DNA of 36,539 nucleotides from Eubacteriales bacterium (lineage in GTDB: Bacteria; Bacillota; Clostridia; Oscillospirales; CAG-272), in NCBI GenBank assembly GCA_045632325.1, contig JAZQWK010000363.1:1-36539 (forward strand), read 5' to 3'. A program made the translations under genes and the position numbers. A model generated the notes under the pieces. That model made no database searches. It was not told the DNA's origin and saw only the letters and a program-made list of their open reading frames with translations. The number at the start of each line of letters is the position of its first letter. Within the stretch, counting starts at the first letter, position 1. Of this stretch, positions 25,562 to 32,871 are shown piece by piece.

Positions 25562-26236
25562 TTACTGCATCGCAATCACTTTCGCTACAAGAGCCTTATG
25601 CTCTTCATCGTTTCGTTGCGGAAAATTGCCGAACTTCCCAGAATTGCCGTATTTGCTTGCTCGCGGGTTGCTCCGCTCTTTCACCGCATTGATTACCCAT
25701 CTGCGGATCGCCAAATTATGTGATTTGCTTTTATATCCTTTTTCCTCAATGTATTCATCCAGTAGTTTAACAGCCGCTTCGGTCATGTACATTCCGTAAT
25801 CACCGATCAGCCGGTCAAACTCCGTGTCGGTCAGTAAAACATGGCTGTACTCGCCGTGCGTGTGCTTTGGTTCTTTCTTTTTCACATCATTATCATTCTC
25901 ATTTTCATAATCATTATCATACTCATTATCATTATCGGCTTTTTTCGGTTGCGTTCGGTTTTCAGAAAACCGTTCGGTTTTTTCGGTTTTCTTCGGTCTG
26001 CCGCCTTTCTGTCCGTTTTCCCGGTTCGTCCTGCACTTTTCCTCGTACTTTTCCGCGTTCTCTTCCAGATCGGTCTTGATAAAGGCGAACGCCATCTCTG
26101 TCATGGCATCCATTTCCGGAAGTTCTTCTTCGCGTTCGTGGTTAAGGATTGCGGTAAACAGGACTCCGCGCTGTTCCATGTTGAGCATCTGTATCTGCTT
26201 CGCATATTTCGTATACAAGATAAAACTCCCTTTCAT
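25562..26236 (-). CDS. Replisome organiser (DnaD-like C-terminal domain)
   Basis: 224 aa from ATG 26236. N-terminus FILYTKYAKQIQMLNMEQRGVLFTAIL, a low-complexity D/N/E linker, and C-terminus VLLTDTEFDRL...LDEYIEEKGYKSKSHNLAIRRW. Confidence 0.7.
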   Translation of the reverse strand: MKGSFILYTKYAKQIQMLNMEQRGVLFTAILNHEREEELPEMDAMTEMAFAFIKTDLEENAEKYEEKCRTNRENGQKGGRPKKTEKTERFSENRTQPKKADNDNEYDNDYENENDNDVKKKEPKHTHGEYSHVLLTDTEFDRLIGDYGMYMTEAAVKLLDEYIEEKGYKSKSHNLAIRRWVINAVKERSNPRASKYGNSGKFGNFPQRNDEEHKALVAKVIAMQ

Positions 26237-26367
26237 TCCTGTTCCTCGTCTTTTCGTGCCTTGCGCTCCCAATATTCCTCGATCTGTTTCCTGCGCTTTT
26301 CCTTGTTTTTGCGGTAATATTCCCGCTGATATTCTCTGCGCTTTTCCAATGCACTTTCTGATAACAT
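26233..26367 (-). CDS. 44-aa basic helical protein, below the ORF-track cutoff
   Basis: GGAGGTGA RBS before ATG 26367. Translation MLSESALEKRREYQREYYRKNKEKRRKQIEEYWERKARKDEEQE. Its TGA overlaps the ATG of the replisome organiser. Confidence 0.5.
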   Translation of the reverse strand: MLSESALEKRREYQREYYRKNKEKRRKQIEEYWERKARKDEEQE

Positions 26368-26385
26368 CGCATCACCTCCGCTTCT

Positions 26386-26414
26386 ATTATACCTCTTTTC
26401 TATTTCTTTTTCAA
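26386..26414 (-). promoter_or_regulatory. Sigma-70-type promoter upstream of the 44-aa ORF and the replisome organiser
   Basis: Minus strand reads TTGAAA (26414-26409), 17-nt spacer, TATAAT (26391-26386). Confidence 0.55.
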
Positions 26415-26791
26415 TTACTTTCTGCGGAGTAGATCAATGTTACCTCGATGCGCGGGCAGTCCCGGTCTATCTCAAAATTGTCCGTATACCCGGCGATGTG
26501 TTTCCACCCGTCCCCATCAAGCACACCGGCTTCGACAAGCGCATCCTGCACGATTTTATGAGCAAACCCGGAAACGTTGTCCATGTCCCGGTTTCTGTTG
26601 CGCTCAAAGAACGTGTACTGCAACCTGCACCGTCCCTCTACCGGCGTGAGATGCGACCGGACGATCTCCACCCTGACGTATTCCTGCATCTCTTTTTTCA
26701 TCGCCGCGCCGGTGTACTTGTTATTGCGGCAAGCGTTTATGTATTCATTCAATCCGGGCAACCGTCCCATTACCGTGAATGTCTGTCTCAT
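26411..26791 (-). CDS. rusA: RusA-family Holliday junction resolvase
   Basis: 126 aa. RDMDNVSGFAHKIVQDALVEAGVLDGDGW matches the RusA D-x-DN...DAL...DD motif. Confidence 0.8.
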   Translation of the reverse strand: MRQTFTVMGRLPGLNEYINACRNNKYTGAAMKKEMQEYVRVEIVRSHLTPVEGRCRLQYTFFERNRNRDMDNVSGFAHKIVQDALVEAGVLDGDGWKHIAGYTDNFEIDRDCPRIEVTLIYSAESN

Positions 26792-27015
26792 ATCGCAACC
26801 TCTTTCAGATAATACTCCGAATACGTGACCCTGCGTCCGTACCTGTTCACAACGTGTTTTGTTTCAGACTCGATCTTGTAGCCCATCTTCCGCAGGTCGA
26901 AGATCCTCGCGCCAAGCCGCCGGATTCCGTACAAATCCCTTGCAATCGTGTCGTCTATCTTTCCGTTCAATACCAGATGGTTCAATACCCTGTCGTTTTG
27001 TGTCGGCTGTTTCAT
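26788..27015 (-). CDS. Winged-HTH protein (HTH_39-like)
   Basis: 75 aa from ATG 27015 (AGGAGG RBS). Contains ARDLYGIRRLGARIFDLRKMGYKIES. The track ORF's extension upstream of 27015 is unsupported. Confidence 0.65.
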   Translation of the reverse strand: MKQPTQNDRVLNHLVLNGKIDDTIARDLYGIRRLGARIFDLRKMGYKIESETKHVVNRYGRRVTYSEYYLKEVAI

Positions 27016-27091
27016 ATAAACCTCCTTTCTGCCCCGCCGCACACGGGGCAGTGTATTTTGCATAAAACCGCTATCAATAGCAATGTGCGGA

Positions 27092-27355
27092 TTATAGATA
27101 ATTTTTACCGTATCTCTGTATAAATTCCTCAACGGTGTGACCGGCATCCAGATACTTTTTCTCAGCCCTCTGCTTCAGATACTCGTCCAGATCATGTCCA
27201 TTCTTGCCGTGTACGCCGTTTGTTCCTCTATGGCACTCCGGGCAAATTTTCACGTAAAGTTTGTCCCGCTCAGCTTTTTTCCTGTTTGCCGTGCCATGTA
27301 AGCAATGATGCTTTTCCAGATTTGCTATCCTGCCGCATAAGAAGCACCTTTCCAT
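27092..27355 (-). CDS. Small HNH/Ref-like nuclease
   Basis: 87 aa. CFLCGR...EKHHCLHGTANRK...CPECHRGTNGVH (CxxC...HH...CxxCH). Confidence 0.65.
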   Translation of the reverse strand: MERCFLCGRIANLEKHHCLHGTANRKKAERDKLYVKICPECHRGTNGVHGKNGHDLDEYLKQRAEKKYLDAGHTVEEFIQRYGKNYL

Positions 27356-27846
27356 TGTCTCAACAGCCTTTCTGCTTCTGCCTGTTCCGGCGTTTCCAGT
27401 CCAATTTGTTCCATTTCATCTATGACTCCATCCAACAGCCGGGAAAACTCTTTCGTGTCGTAGGTTGACGAACCGAAGTACAAAAGTACCTGTACGCCCT
27501 TTTCTCCGTTGACATCTACCTCGCCGACAACTTCCGAAGTTCTCCACATATGCCTGATCTGGTCGAGATGATTCTCCCGGAACACTCCATAAGTAAACAC
27601 CCCATACCTTTTCAGCATCATCAGGTATACATCCCATTTGTCCAGTTTAAGCGCAGAAGCGATTTTGTCTATACAGTGCCACAATAGCCCATTCGCGTCC
27701 AGAGAACGCTTCTCGCGCCATTCTGACGCGTTCAGGCGCACGATCTGACCGGGTCGCAGGTCACGCCGGTCTTCAAACTCAAACGTGACCCGCTGTCTTC
27801 CCTGCGGACTGTATAAAACATCAGTCACTACCGCCCGCGCTTCCAT
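27325..27846 (-). CDS. ninB: NinB/Orf-family recombination mediator
   Basis: 173 aa. KRSLDANGLLWHCIDKIA and FGSSTYDTKEFSRLLDGVIDEM parallel lambda NinB's RSLDQNRKLWACLGDVS and GQSTSRMRVGEFAELLELIQAF. Confidence 0.65.
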   Translation of the reverse strand: MEARAVVTDVLYSPQGRQRVTFEFEDRRDLRPGQIVRLNASEWREKRSLDANGLLWHCIDKIASALKLDKWDVYLMMLKRYGVFTYGVFRENHLDQIRHMWRTSEVVGEVDVNGEKGVQVLLYFGSSTYDTKEFSRLLDGVIDEMEQIGLETPEQAEAERLLRQWKGASYAAG

Positions 27847-28459
27847 CTTTCAACACCCCTATAATTTCAGATGCTTCTTTCATCGAGATCGCGGACAAGT
27901 CCGGGTGCTTCTTCAGAATGTCCATCTTCGTTAAATCATCCGCTTTCTTCCACAATGCGTTCAGGCAGTTGATCTGCTTCTCGGACGGTTTCTTCAGCAA
28001 ACGCTCGCCCATTTCCTGCGGGCTTTCTGCAACTTCCGGGCTGTCCTTTTCGCTGTCGATCATTTCCTCAGTAGGGATGCAGAACGTCTGGAACATTGCA
28101 TACTTGAACGCCGCGCTCATCGCCTTGTTCATGCTTTTGTCGCCCCTGTCCATCGCCTCGCCGATGACCAATGCAGAAACGCTCGAACCGTCATCCGTGA
28201 AAAACGTATACTTGACTGTTGCAACGGAGTACACAAGCGGACTGCCATTTTTTCCGATCCTGTCCTCTCTGGTCATGTCAACCACTTCCGGGATGCAGAA
28301 CACATGATGTTTGATCATGGCGGGCTGTAAAGCGTTCATCACCGCATCGATGCCCCGGTACATATACTTGTCGAACTCGTTCTTGTCGGTCTTCTTGACC
28401 GCTCCGACATCTTCCATAACTCCGCAGATAGCCTCGTAGATTTTCGCATTCTCCATCAT
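27821..28459 (-). CDS. erf: ERF-family single-strand annealing protein
   Basis: 212 aa. YMYRGIDAVMNALQPAMIKHHVF...GEAMDRGDKSMNKAMSAAFKYAMFQTFCIPTEE is the ERF signature. Confidence 0.85.
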   Translation of the reverse strand: MMENAKIYEAICGVMEDVGAVKKTDKNEFDKYMYRGIDAVMNALQPAMIKHHVFCIPEVVDMTREDRIGKNGSPLVYSVATVKYTFFTDDGSSVSALVIGEAMDRGDKSMNKAMSAAFKYAMFQTFCIPTEEMIDSEKDSPEVAESPQEMGERLLKKPSEKQINCLNALWKKADDLTKMDILKKHPDLSAISMKEASEIIGVLKDGSAGGSD

Positions 28460-28626
28460 TTTGCTTCCTTTCTGTTCTCGATGCCCCAGTCAAACAGGCA
28501 ATCGAAGTGGATGTATTCTCCGTCAATAGTCACATAGTCATCGCCGCAGTAGGTTTCGTCTCCTGCATAGATAGGCTCTCCGCAGTATGCGCACGTTTCG
28601 AATACGTTCCTTTTCTCCTCGCTCAT
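28456..28626 (-). CDS. 56-aa zinc-ribbon-like protein
   Basis: ATG 28626 (ATGA overlap). Contains CAYCGEPIY...HFDC. Confidence 0.5.
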   Translation of the reverse strand: MSEEKRNVFETCAYCGEPIYAGDETYCGDDYVTIDGEYIHFDCLFDWGIENRKEAK

Positions 28627-28928
28627 TTTCTCCTCCACAGGTTTTCATATACAAGTGCCGTGTCGATAAGTATCGCTATGACCGTCAGAACCGCGTACCA
28701 TGATCCGTATGCTATTGCCGCAACCGTTAACAGCATCAGCGGCAAGCAGATCGCTATGCTCAGGTATATCATGTTGGCAACGCTCAGGCTCTCGATCCGT
28801 CTTCTGGGTTTCCTTTTTCTCGGCGGCATATTGCCGGTAATCGCTTGCAAATCCACAACTTTCTCCTCGTGTAACTCTTCCATAGTTTCCACCACCTTAT
28901 CTGGTATATATCTCCCCTTTAATCTCAT
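28623..28928 (-). CDS. Membrane protein (basic N-terminus, two TM helices)
   Basis: 101 aa. PPRKRKPRRR is followed by MIYLSIAICLPLMLLTVAAIAYGSWYAVLTVIAILI. Its ATG directly follows the stop of the Cro-like gene. Confidence 0.55.
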   Translation of the reverse strand: MRLKGRYIPDKVVETMEELHEEKVVDLQAITGNMPPRKRKPRRRIESLSVANMIYLSIAICLPLMLLTVAAIAYGSWYAVLTVIAILIDTALVYENLWRRK

Positions 28929-29099
28929 TTACCCCTCCATCGCCATTTTGATCTTCATCGCCGTTACTGTCCGCGGAACGCGCTTGCCGTTCTCAATCTG
29001 CAGAATCGTCAGCTTTGACACGCCAACCTTTGCGGCAAACTCTGCCTGTGTCATGTTGTGTTCTGCCCTGTATCTCAGGATCGCTTCTTGCATGGTCAT
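28929..29099 (-). CDS. XRE-family HTH (Cro-like) regulator, 56 aa, below the ORF-track cutoff
   Basis: GGAGGTGA RBS. Translation MTMQEAILRYRAEHNMTQAEFAAKVGVSKLTILQIENGKRVPRTVTAMKIKMAMEG. Confidence 0.75.
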   Translation of the reverse strand: MTMQEAILRYRAEHNMTQAEFAAKVGVSKLTILQIENGKRVPRTVTAMKIKMAMEG

Positions 29100-29121
29100 G
29101 TTATCACCTCCTTTCCCTTTT

Positions 29122-29150
29122 ATTTTACACTATTTTGCAATACTTTACAA
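29122..29150 (-). promoter_or_regulatory. Sigma-70-type promoter upstream of the Cro-like gene
   Basis: Minus strand reads TTGTAA (29150-29145), 17-nt spacer, TAAAAT (29127-29122). Confidence 0.5.
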
Positions 29151-29158
29151 TCACTTTT

Positions 29159-29428
29159 TTACCAATCGCGCTTGTAAAAATCATAGAACACCCACCCCTT
29201 GTAGTACAGTTCGGCATACGCGTTGCCGTGTACCAAGTCATTCCTTTTCCACGTCACGCAGGGAATCCCGGTAACTTTCGCCAGTTCGGCAACCCCGGCT
29301 GTGAGGATCTTGTCCTCACGCGTACTGCCGTAGCATACCCACACATCTCTTGAGAAATGCTCCGGTTCGGTCTTTCTCCATTCGATAACTTTGTCCATCC
29401 ATGCAAACGCTCTTTCTTTTTCTGTCAT
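29159..29428 (-). CDS. Hypothetical 89-aa protein
   Basis: GAGGAG RBS; W/Y-rich; no family recognised. Confidence 0.55.
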   Translation of the reverse strand: MTEKERAFAWMDKVIEWRKTEPEHFSRDVWVCYGSTREDKILTAGVAELAKVTGIPCVTWKRNDLVHGNAYAELYYKGWVFYDFYKRDW

Positions 29429-29430
29429 TG

Positions 29431-29532
29431 CTATCTCCTCTCTATATCAACTTTCAACTGCTGTAAAAATGTTACCGTGTCCGGGTCTGTCGTGTTCCGT
29501 ATCGCGTCCTCTATCACATCCTCAATCTTCAT
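29431..29532 (-). CDS. Possible 33-aa ORF
   Basis: Translation MKIEDVIEDAIRNTTDPDTVTFLQQLKVDIERR. It fills the gap between two genes and has a GAGG upstream. Confidence 0.3.
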   Translation of the reverse strand: MKIEDVIEDAIRNTTDPDTVTFLQQLKVDIERR

Positions 29533-29773
29533 AGCCGCGCCTCATCGCTTCACAAACGGAGTCGAGCGCATCCCGGTCGAGTTCCCCATATTCGTCCATG
29601 ATCTCCGTCTCCTGCAGGAAGTCGATCATGTCGGCGACCATCGAGCGAAAATGTCTGATCTCGTCCTCAGACACCTTATATTCGGCTTCTTCATTGATAT
29701 GCTCTGTCACATCATCGAAGCATCTTCTCAACTCCATCTTCGTTCCCTCAAATCTGCAATAACTCATGTACAT
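29522..29773 (-). CDS. Hypothetical acidic 83-aa protein
   Basis: AGAGAGGAGAA RBS context; no family recognised. Confidence 0.55.
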   Translation of the reverse strand: MYMSYCRFEGTKMELRRCFDDVTEHINEEAEYKVSEDEIRHFRSMVADMIDFLQETEIMDEYGELDRDALDSVCEAMRRGYED

Positions 29774-29822
29774 TCTGTTCTCCTCTCTGCCGGGGATTTG
29801 CCGCCCCGGCTCGGCTTTTGTT

Positions 29823-30140
29823 TTACGCGATCGCTTCTACCTGTGACTGGCTGAAAAACGCCGCCGTCTTCATAAACATCTTGCTCTCGTCTTCGCCACG
29901 CTCTTCGTTGTGCTTCGTGGTATGCTTCCAGATCGTAATCTTTGCCACCGCTTTCTCCCCTTTCGCTACCTGATAGCCGAACATCTTCCATGTCTGGTAG
30001 GTGTGGATCGGCTCGGTCTCCTGCACCGTAATCTTTTTGCCGTCCGGCATTTCCATCTCGAATGTCCTGCCGGTGTAGCCGATCTTGCCCTCTTTCGCCA
30101 ACTCCTGCCCTGCGTTAAAAATGATCTGTGCGTTTGTCAT
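29823..30140 (-). CDS. ArdC-N-like (DUF1738-like) putative ssDNA-binding protein
   Basis: 105 aa. YQTWKMFGYQVAKGEKAVAKITIWK and a C-terminal AAFFSQSQVE resemble the ArdC N-domain pattern (W-x-T-x-x-Q...G-x-V-x-KGEK ... FN-x-x-Q). Confidence 0.45.
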   Translation of the reverse strand: MTNAQIIFNAGQELAKEGKIGYTGRTFEMEMPDGKKITVQETEPIHTYQTWKMFGYQVAKGEKAVAKITIWKHTTKHNEERGEDESKMFMKTAAFFSQSQVEAIA

Positions 30141-30169
30141 GGTATTCTCCTCTCTTCCCCGGCAGGGGC

Positions 30170-30619
30170 TTACGCCCCCACCATCATATCGTACAGTTTC
30201 GCTTTCAGCTTCATGTTTTCAAGTTCCAGTGCCTCAGCCTTTGTATCCGCCTCGTTATATTTTTCAACCATCTGGTTGTAGCATTTCGTCCAGTTATCGT
30301 CATTCTCGTGATACTTTGCACACCACTTATCCGCGCTCTGCACTTTTGCGTTGAAAAGTTCTTCCGCATGATTTGCTCTTTCTTCCATCTCCTTAAGTGC
30401 GTTCTTAAGGTCGACGATCTCTTTCCGTTTGTTCCAATTCTCTTTTGAAAGGCTCTCGACCCTGTCTTTCATTGAGTATGCCGCATCATCGGCGATGTTG
30501 TTTTCTGCATCTTCGAAGCATCCCGCGAACGCTGTCGCAATATAGCTGTCCTCTCCAAGTCCTGCCACGATCTTCTTGATCTGCTCAAGTGCTTTTCTCT
30601 CCTGATCCTTTGTCGTCAT
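30170..30619 (-). CDS. Hypothetical coiled-coil protein
   Basis: 149 aa from ATG 30619 (GAGAGGAGAA RBS). The track start at 30649 is a TTG inside the 5' UTR. Confidence 0.6.
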   Translation of the reverse strand: MTTKDQERKALEQIKKIVAGLGEDSYIATAFAGCFEDAENNIADDAAYSMKDRVESLSKENWNKRKEIVDLKNALKEMEERANHAEELFNAKVQSADKWCAKYHENDDNWTKCYNQMVEKYNEADTKAEALELENMKLKAKLYDMMVGA

Positions 30620-30665
30620 ATCCTTTTCTCCTCTCAAGTAGTGCCTCAATCAACCTTACAAGCTG

Positions 30666-30695
30666 ATTATACTACTACTTTCCGATACTTGTCAA
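30666..30695 (-). promoter_or_regulatory. Consensus sigma-70 promoter (early)
   Basis: Minus strand reads TTGACA (30695-30690), 18-nt spacer, TATAAT (30671-30666). Confidence 0.7.
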
Positions 30696-30762
30696 TACCA
30701 TAAAATGATTTTTTTGTGAAAGAATTTTTGCCGGTCTAACCACCTACCGGAAGGGATTCAAC

Positions 30763-31101
30763 TCATTTCTTTTCTACAGTTTCCCAATCCGTTACTGTTC
30801 GTTTACGGATTATATGCTCAACGATCTTTTGTTCGGCATCTGTTTCTTTTGTGCTTACCGTTGTAATTCCAATACACCCAACGGATTCTGTGTCATAACG
30901 TTCTCCTTTCTCGTTATAAACTTTTTCTCCGTTCCACATTTCGTACGCCTTATTAAGAACTTTCTTCGCTTCTTCTTCTGAATCAGCATATCTTTTCCGT
31001 TCATAAAACCAACACATGGCATTCATCCATTTCTGCTGTTTATCGTACTTGAACTGATACGCTTTTTTTACTCCTACAAACCATTCTTCGTGTGTTGTCA
31101 T
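30763..31101 (-). CDS. Hypothetical 112-aa protein
   Basis: AAAGGA RBS; no family recognised. Confidence 0.55.
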   Translation of the reverse strand: MTTHEEWFVGVKKAYQFKYDKQQKWMNAMCWFYERKRYADSEEEAKKVLNKAYEMWNGEKVYNEKGERYDTESVGCIGITTVSTKETDAEQKIVEHIIRKRTVTDWETVEKK

Positions 31102-31207
31102 CTTGTAATCCTTTCTGCCCTCGTAACCTCCGGGGCGGGATTGTATTTAATGTATCGTAACAACTGTCATTCCCGGGCGGTTTAGCCGCCGCCCTCGGCT
31201 TCGTATT

Positions 31208-31381
31208 TTACTGTTCTTCCTGTCTAATCAGTTCCTCAAGTTCCTTTACAACTTCCCACGCTTTGTTTACTCTTCTGTGGCTATATTCGTCATTGATTAC
31301 TTTGTTAAGCTGTTCTTCGTGATCCCAAATCGCAAGTGCCTCATGCCATGCCAGTTCGTAAATCCGTTTTTTTGTAAGCAT
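31208..31381 (-). CDS. Hypothetical 57-aa helical protein, first early gene
   Basis: ATG 31381 preceded by AAAGGAG. The track start at 31423 lies inside the -10 box of the promoter. Confidence 0.5.
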   Translation of the reverse strand: MLTKKRIYELAWHEALAIWDHEEQLNKVINDEYSHRRVNKAWEVVKELEELIRQEEQ

Positions 31382-31421
31382 TTTCTTTCTCCTTTCGTGC
31401 TCCTCTCTTGATTGCACCTTC

Positions 31422-31451
31422 ATTATAGCATTACCTTATAATACCTGTCAA
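31422..31451 (-). promoter_or_regulatory. Consensus sigma-70 promoter (early, leftmost)
   Basis: Minus strand reads TTGACA (31451-31446), 18-nt spacer, TATAAT (31427-31422). Confidence 0.7.
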
Positions 31452-31486
31452 TACATTTTCCGAAAGTTTTTCAAAAAGTTTTTCAC

Positions 31487-31515
31487 AAAAAAAGAACCCC
31501 GCTTTCACGAGGCTC
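31487..31515 (-). terminator. Rho-independent terminator closing the cargo cluster
   Basis: Minus strand reads GAGCCUCG-UGAAAG-CGGGGUUC (8-bp stem with two G-U pairs) followed by U7 (31493-31487), 4 nt after the stop at 31520. Confidence 0.65.
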
Positions 31516-31519
31516 TTTT

Positions 31520-31825
31520 TTACATCTGCGCGATCCGTTCAAGCACCGCTTCATATTCTTTTGGATATAACGCTCTTACGACCTGCATATGTTCTTCCAG
31601 TAGTGACATCAGCCCTTGCACCGGCACACCACTTGCCGCCCGGCTGAAGTCCCCCAGATCATACTCCGGCACAGTGTCTACCATCGCGTGGGAAACGATA
31701 GGTATTCTATCGTCAGACATATGGTCAAACACAGTGTACAGCCACGACAGCCTTTGTATGTTGTTCCAGTTGGTATCCGCTTTTTCCAGTTCGGTTATCT
31801 CTTTTGCGATCTCGTCAACGCTCAT
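31520..31825 (-). CDS. Hypothetical 101-aa protein (cargo cluster, last gene)
   Basis: 11-nt overlap with the upstream gene; no family recognised. Confidence 0.55.
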   Translation of the reverse strand: MSVDEIAKEITELEKADTNWNNIQRLSWLYTVFDHMSDDRIPIVSHAMVDTVPEYDLGDFSRAASGVPVQGLMSLLEEHMQVVRALYPKEYEAVLERIAQM

Positions 31826-32336
31826 GCTGATCCTCTATCAAATAGTTGATGTCATAGTCTGCCGCTTTCTTCAAAAGCTGATACCCCTGCGCCTCTGCGA
31901 GTTCGTCATCGACTCTCCTCAACAAAGATTTGACATGCATAGCCGCCGCGCATTCGCCCATATTGCTGAGTTCGTTGACTGCCATCTCGTACAGGTCTTT
32001 CGTCTCCCGCTCCCATTCTACCCACGTTTCCAGACCGCTTTCGACCGCTCTTCTCTTCGTGGAAGTATCAACGTCCTGCCGGGTTGCGTTATACCATGCC
32101 GCCGGGATCACGCCCGGATTTTCAACTTCTTTTTCCTCGATCAGCCGGTTGCAATGGCATATGTAATACTTGCACAGGTTTCGCCAACTCCTCATCTCGT
32201 CCCAGAACTGGTTCTCGTGATGCTTCGCATACTTGTCCAGTCCCAGAAAACGATAGTAGTCAGCCAACTGCGAGTGCATCATTACGCCCTTAACCATATG
32301 TGCCGACATATCGCGGAACAGTTCTTCCTTTGTCAT
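31815..32336 (-). CDS. Ferritin-like four-helix-bundle protein (cargo cluster)
   Basis: 173 aa from ATG 32336 (TGGAGA upstream). MHSQLADYYRFLGLDKYAKHHENQFWDEMRSWRNLCKYY resembles ferritin helices A and B, but the E-x-x-H site reads E-M-R-S-W. Confidence 0.5.
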   Translation of the reverse strand: MTKEELFRDMSAHMVKGVMMHSQLADYYRFLGLDKYAKHHENQFWDEMRSWRNLCKYYICHCNRLIEEKEVENPGVIPAAWYNATRQDVDTSTKRRAVESGLETWVEWERETKDLYEMAVNELSNMGECAAAMHVKSLLRRVDDELAEAQGYQLLKKAADYDINYLIEDQHER

Positions 32337-32362
32337 GTTGTCTCCAATCCCGCTTATTGTGT

Positions 32363-32767
32363 TCACTCTTTGACTACTCGCACGGAAATGTTCTGCACCG
32401 TCCCCGCTCCTGCCAGTAACACGCAGGTAAGGTTGTCCGCGGAATCACAGCAACAGCCCTGCCGTATGGTCGCATTGATCGCAAGGTTGACCGGGTTCAG
32501 TGCTGTCGAGACGGACTCGTAAGCGATCGCTCCGGGTATCTGCACTCCGTTGTTGTAAAGTGCTACAGTAACAGCCCCCGCCGCTGTCGGTGCTACGGAT
32601 ACACTGACATCCGCTGTGTAGTATCCCTCGCCGTTCACCTCGATGCCGTTGCCGGACATCCTCAGGTTGCATCCAAACCGCCTCTGCGTGCTCCCCAGTG
32701 GTATGATCCCGTTGACAGCCACGGTCTGCGGTGACTGGTTCGCCGTTTGTATCAAACTCCTGCTCAT
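32363..32767 (-). CDS. BclA-C-terminal-domain-like (C1q/TNF-like jelly roll) protein with CCC motif (cargo cluster)
   Basis: 134 aa. GNGIEVNGEGYYTADVSVSV...VTVALYNNGVQIPGAIA...NISVRVVKE parallels the beta-strand pattern of the BclA CTD. Contains RQGCCCDS. Confidence 0.55.
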   Translation of the reverse strand: MSRSLIQTANQSPQTVAVNGIIPLGSTQRRFGCNLRMSGNGIEVNGEGYYTADVSVSVAPTAAGAVTVALYNNGVQIPGAIAYESVSTALNPVNLAINATIRQGCCCDSADNLTCVLLAGAGTVQNISVRVVKE

Positions 32768-32796
32768 AATTACCCCTTTCTGGGCTCTGCAAGCCC

Positions 32797-32825
32797 AATA
32801 TAAGCCTTATAAAGAGCGTAGGCAA
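32797..32825 (-). promoter_or_regulatory. Possible internal promoter of the cargo cluster
   Basis: Minus strand reads TTGCCT (32825-32820), 17-nt spacer, TATATT (32802-32797). It overlaps the 3' arm of the hairpin. Confidence 0.35.
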
Positions 32826-32843
32826 GGATTCCCCTGCCTACGC
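32806..32843 (-). terminator. Strong stem-loop, candidate terminator or attenuator inside the cargo cluster
   Basis: Minus strand reads GCGUAGGCAGGG-GAAU-CCUUGCCUACGC (12-bp stem with one G-U pair) at 32816-32843, followed by UCUUUAUAA. Confidence 0.5.
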
Positions 32844-32871
32844 ATAAAATCCTCGTCAAATTGGCGTATAA

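Noticed and set aside
26142-26375. 77-aa minus-strand ORF overlapping the start of the replisome organiser
   Set aside because: It has no RBS and an arginine-rich nonsense-like sequence. The same region is better explained by a 44-aa ORF with a GGAGGTGA RBS (26233-26367), coupled to the organiser ATG at 26236.
27029-27060. The hairpin plus T tract (also at 29789-29825) read as a terminator of a plus-strand gene
   Set aside because: There is no credible plus-strand gene to terminate. I kept them only as unexplained RNA/DNA structures.
29764-29991. 75-aa minus-strand ORF
   Set aside because: It is out of frame within the 105-aa ArdC-N-like gene and overlaps the next gene. It has no RBS and an Arg/Gly/Glu-rich composition typical of an alternate frame.
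30731-30750. CCGGU...ACCGG hairpin after the 112-aa gene, read as a terminator
   Set aside because: The stem is only 5 bp with a 10-nt loop, and the U tract is interrupted. It is too weak to annotate.
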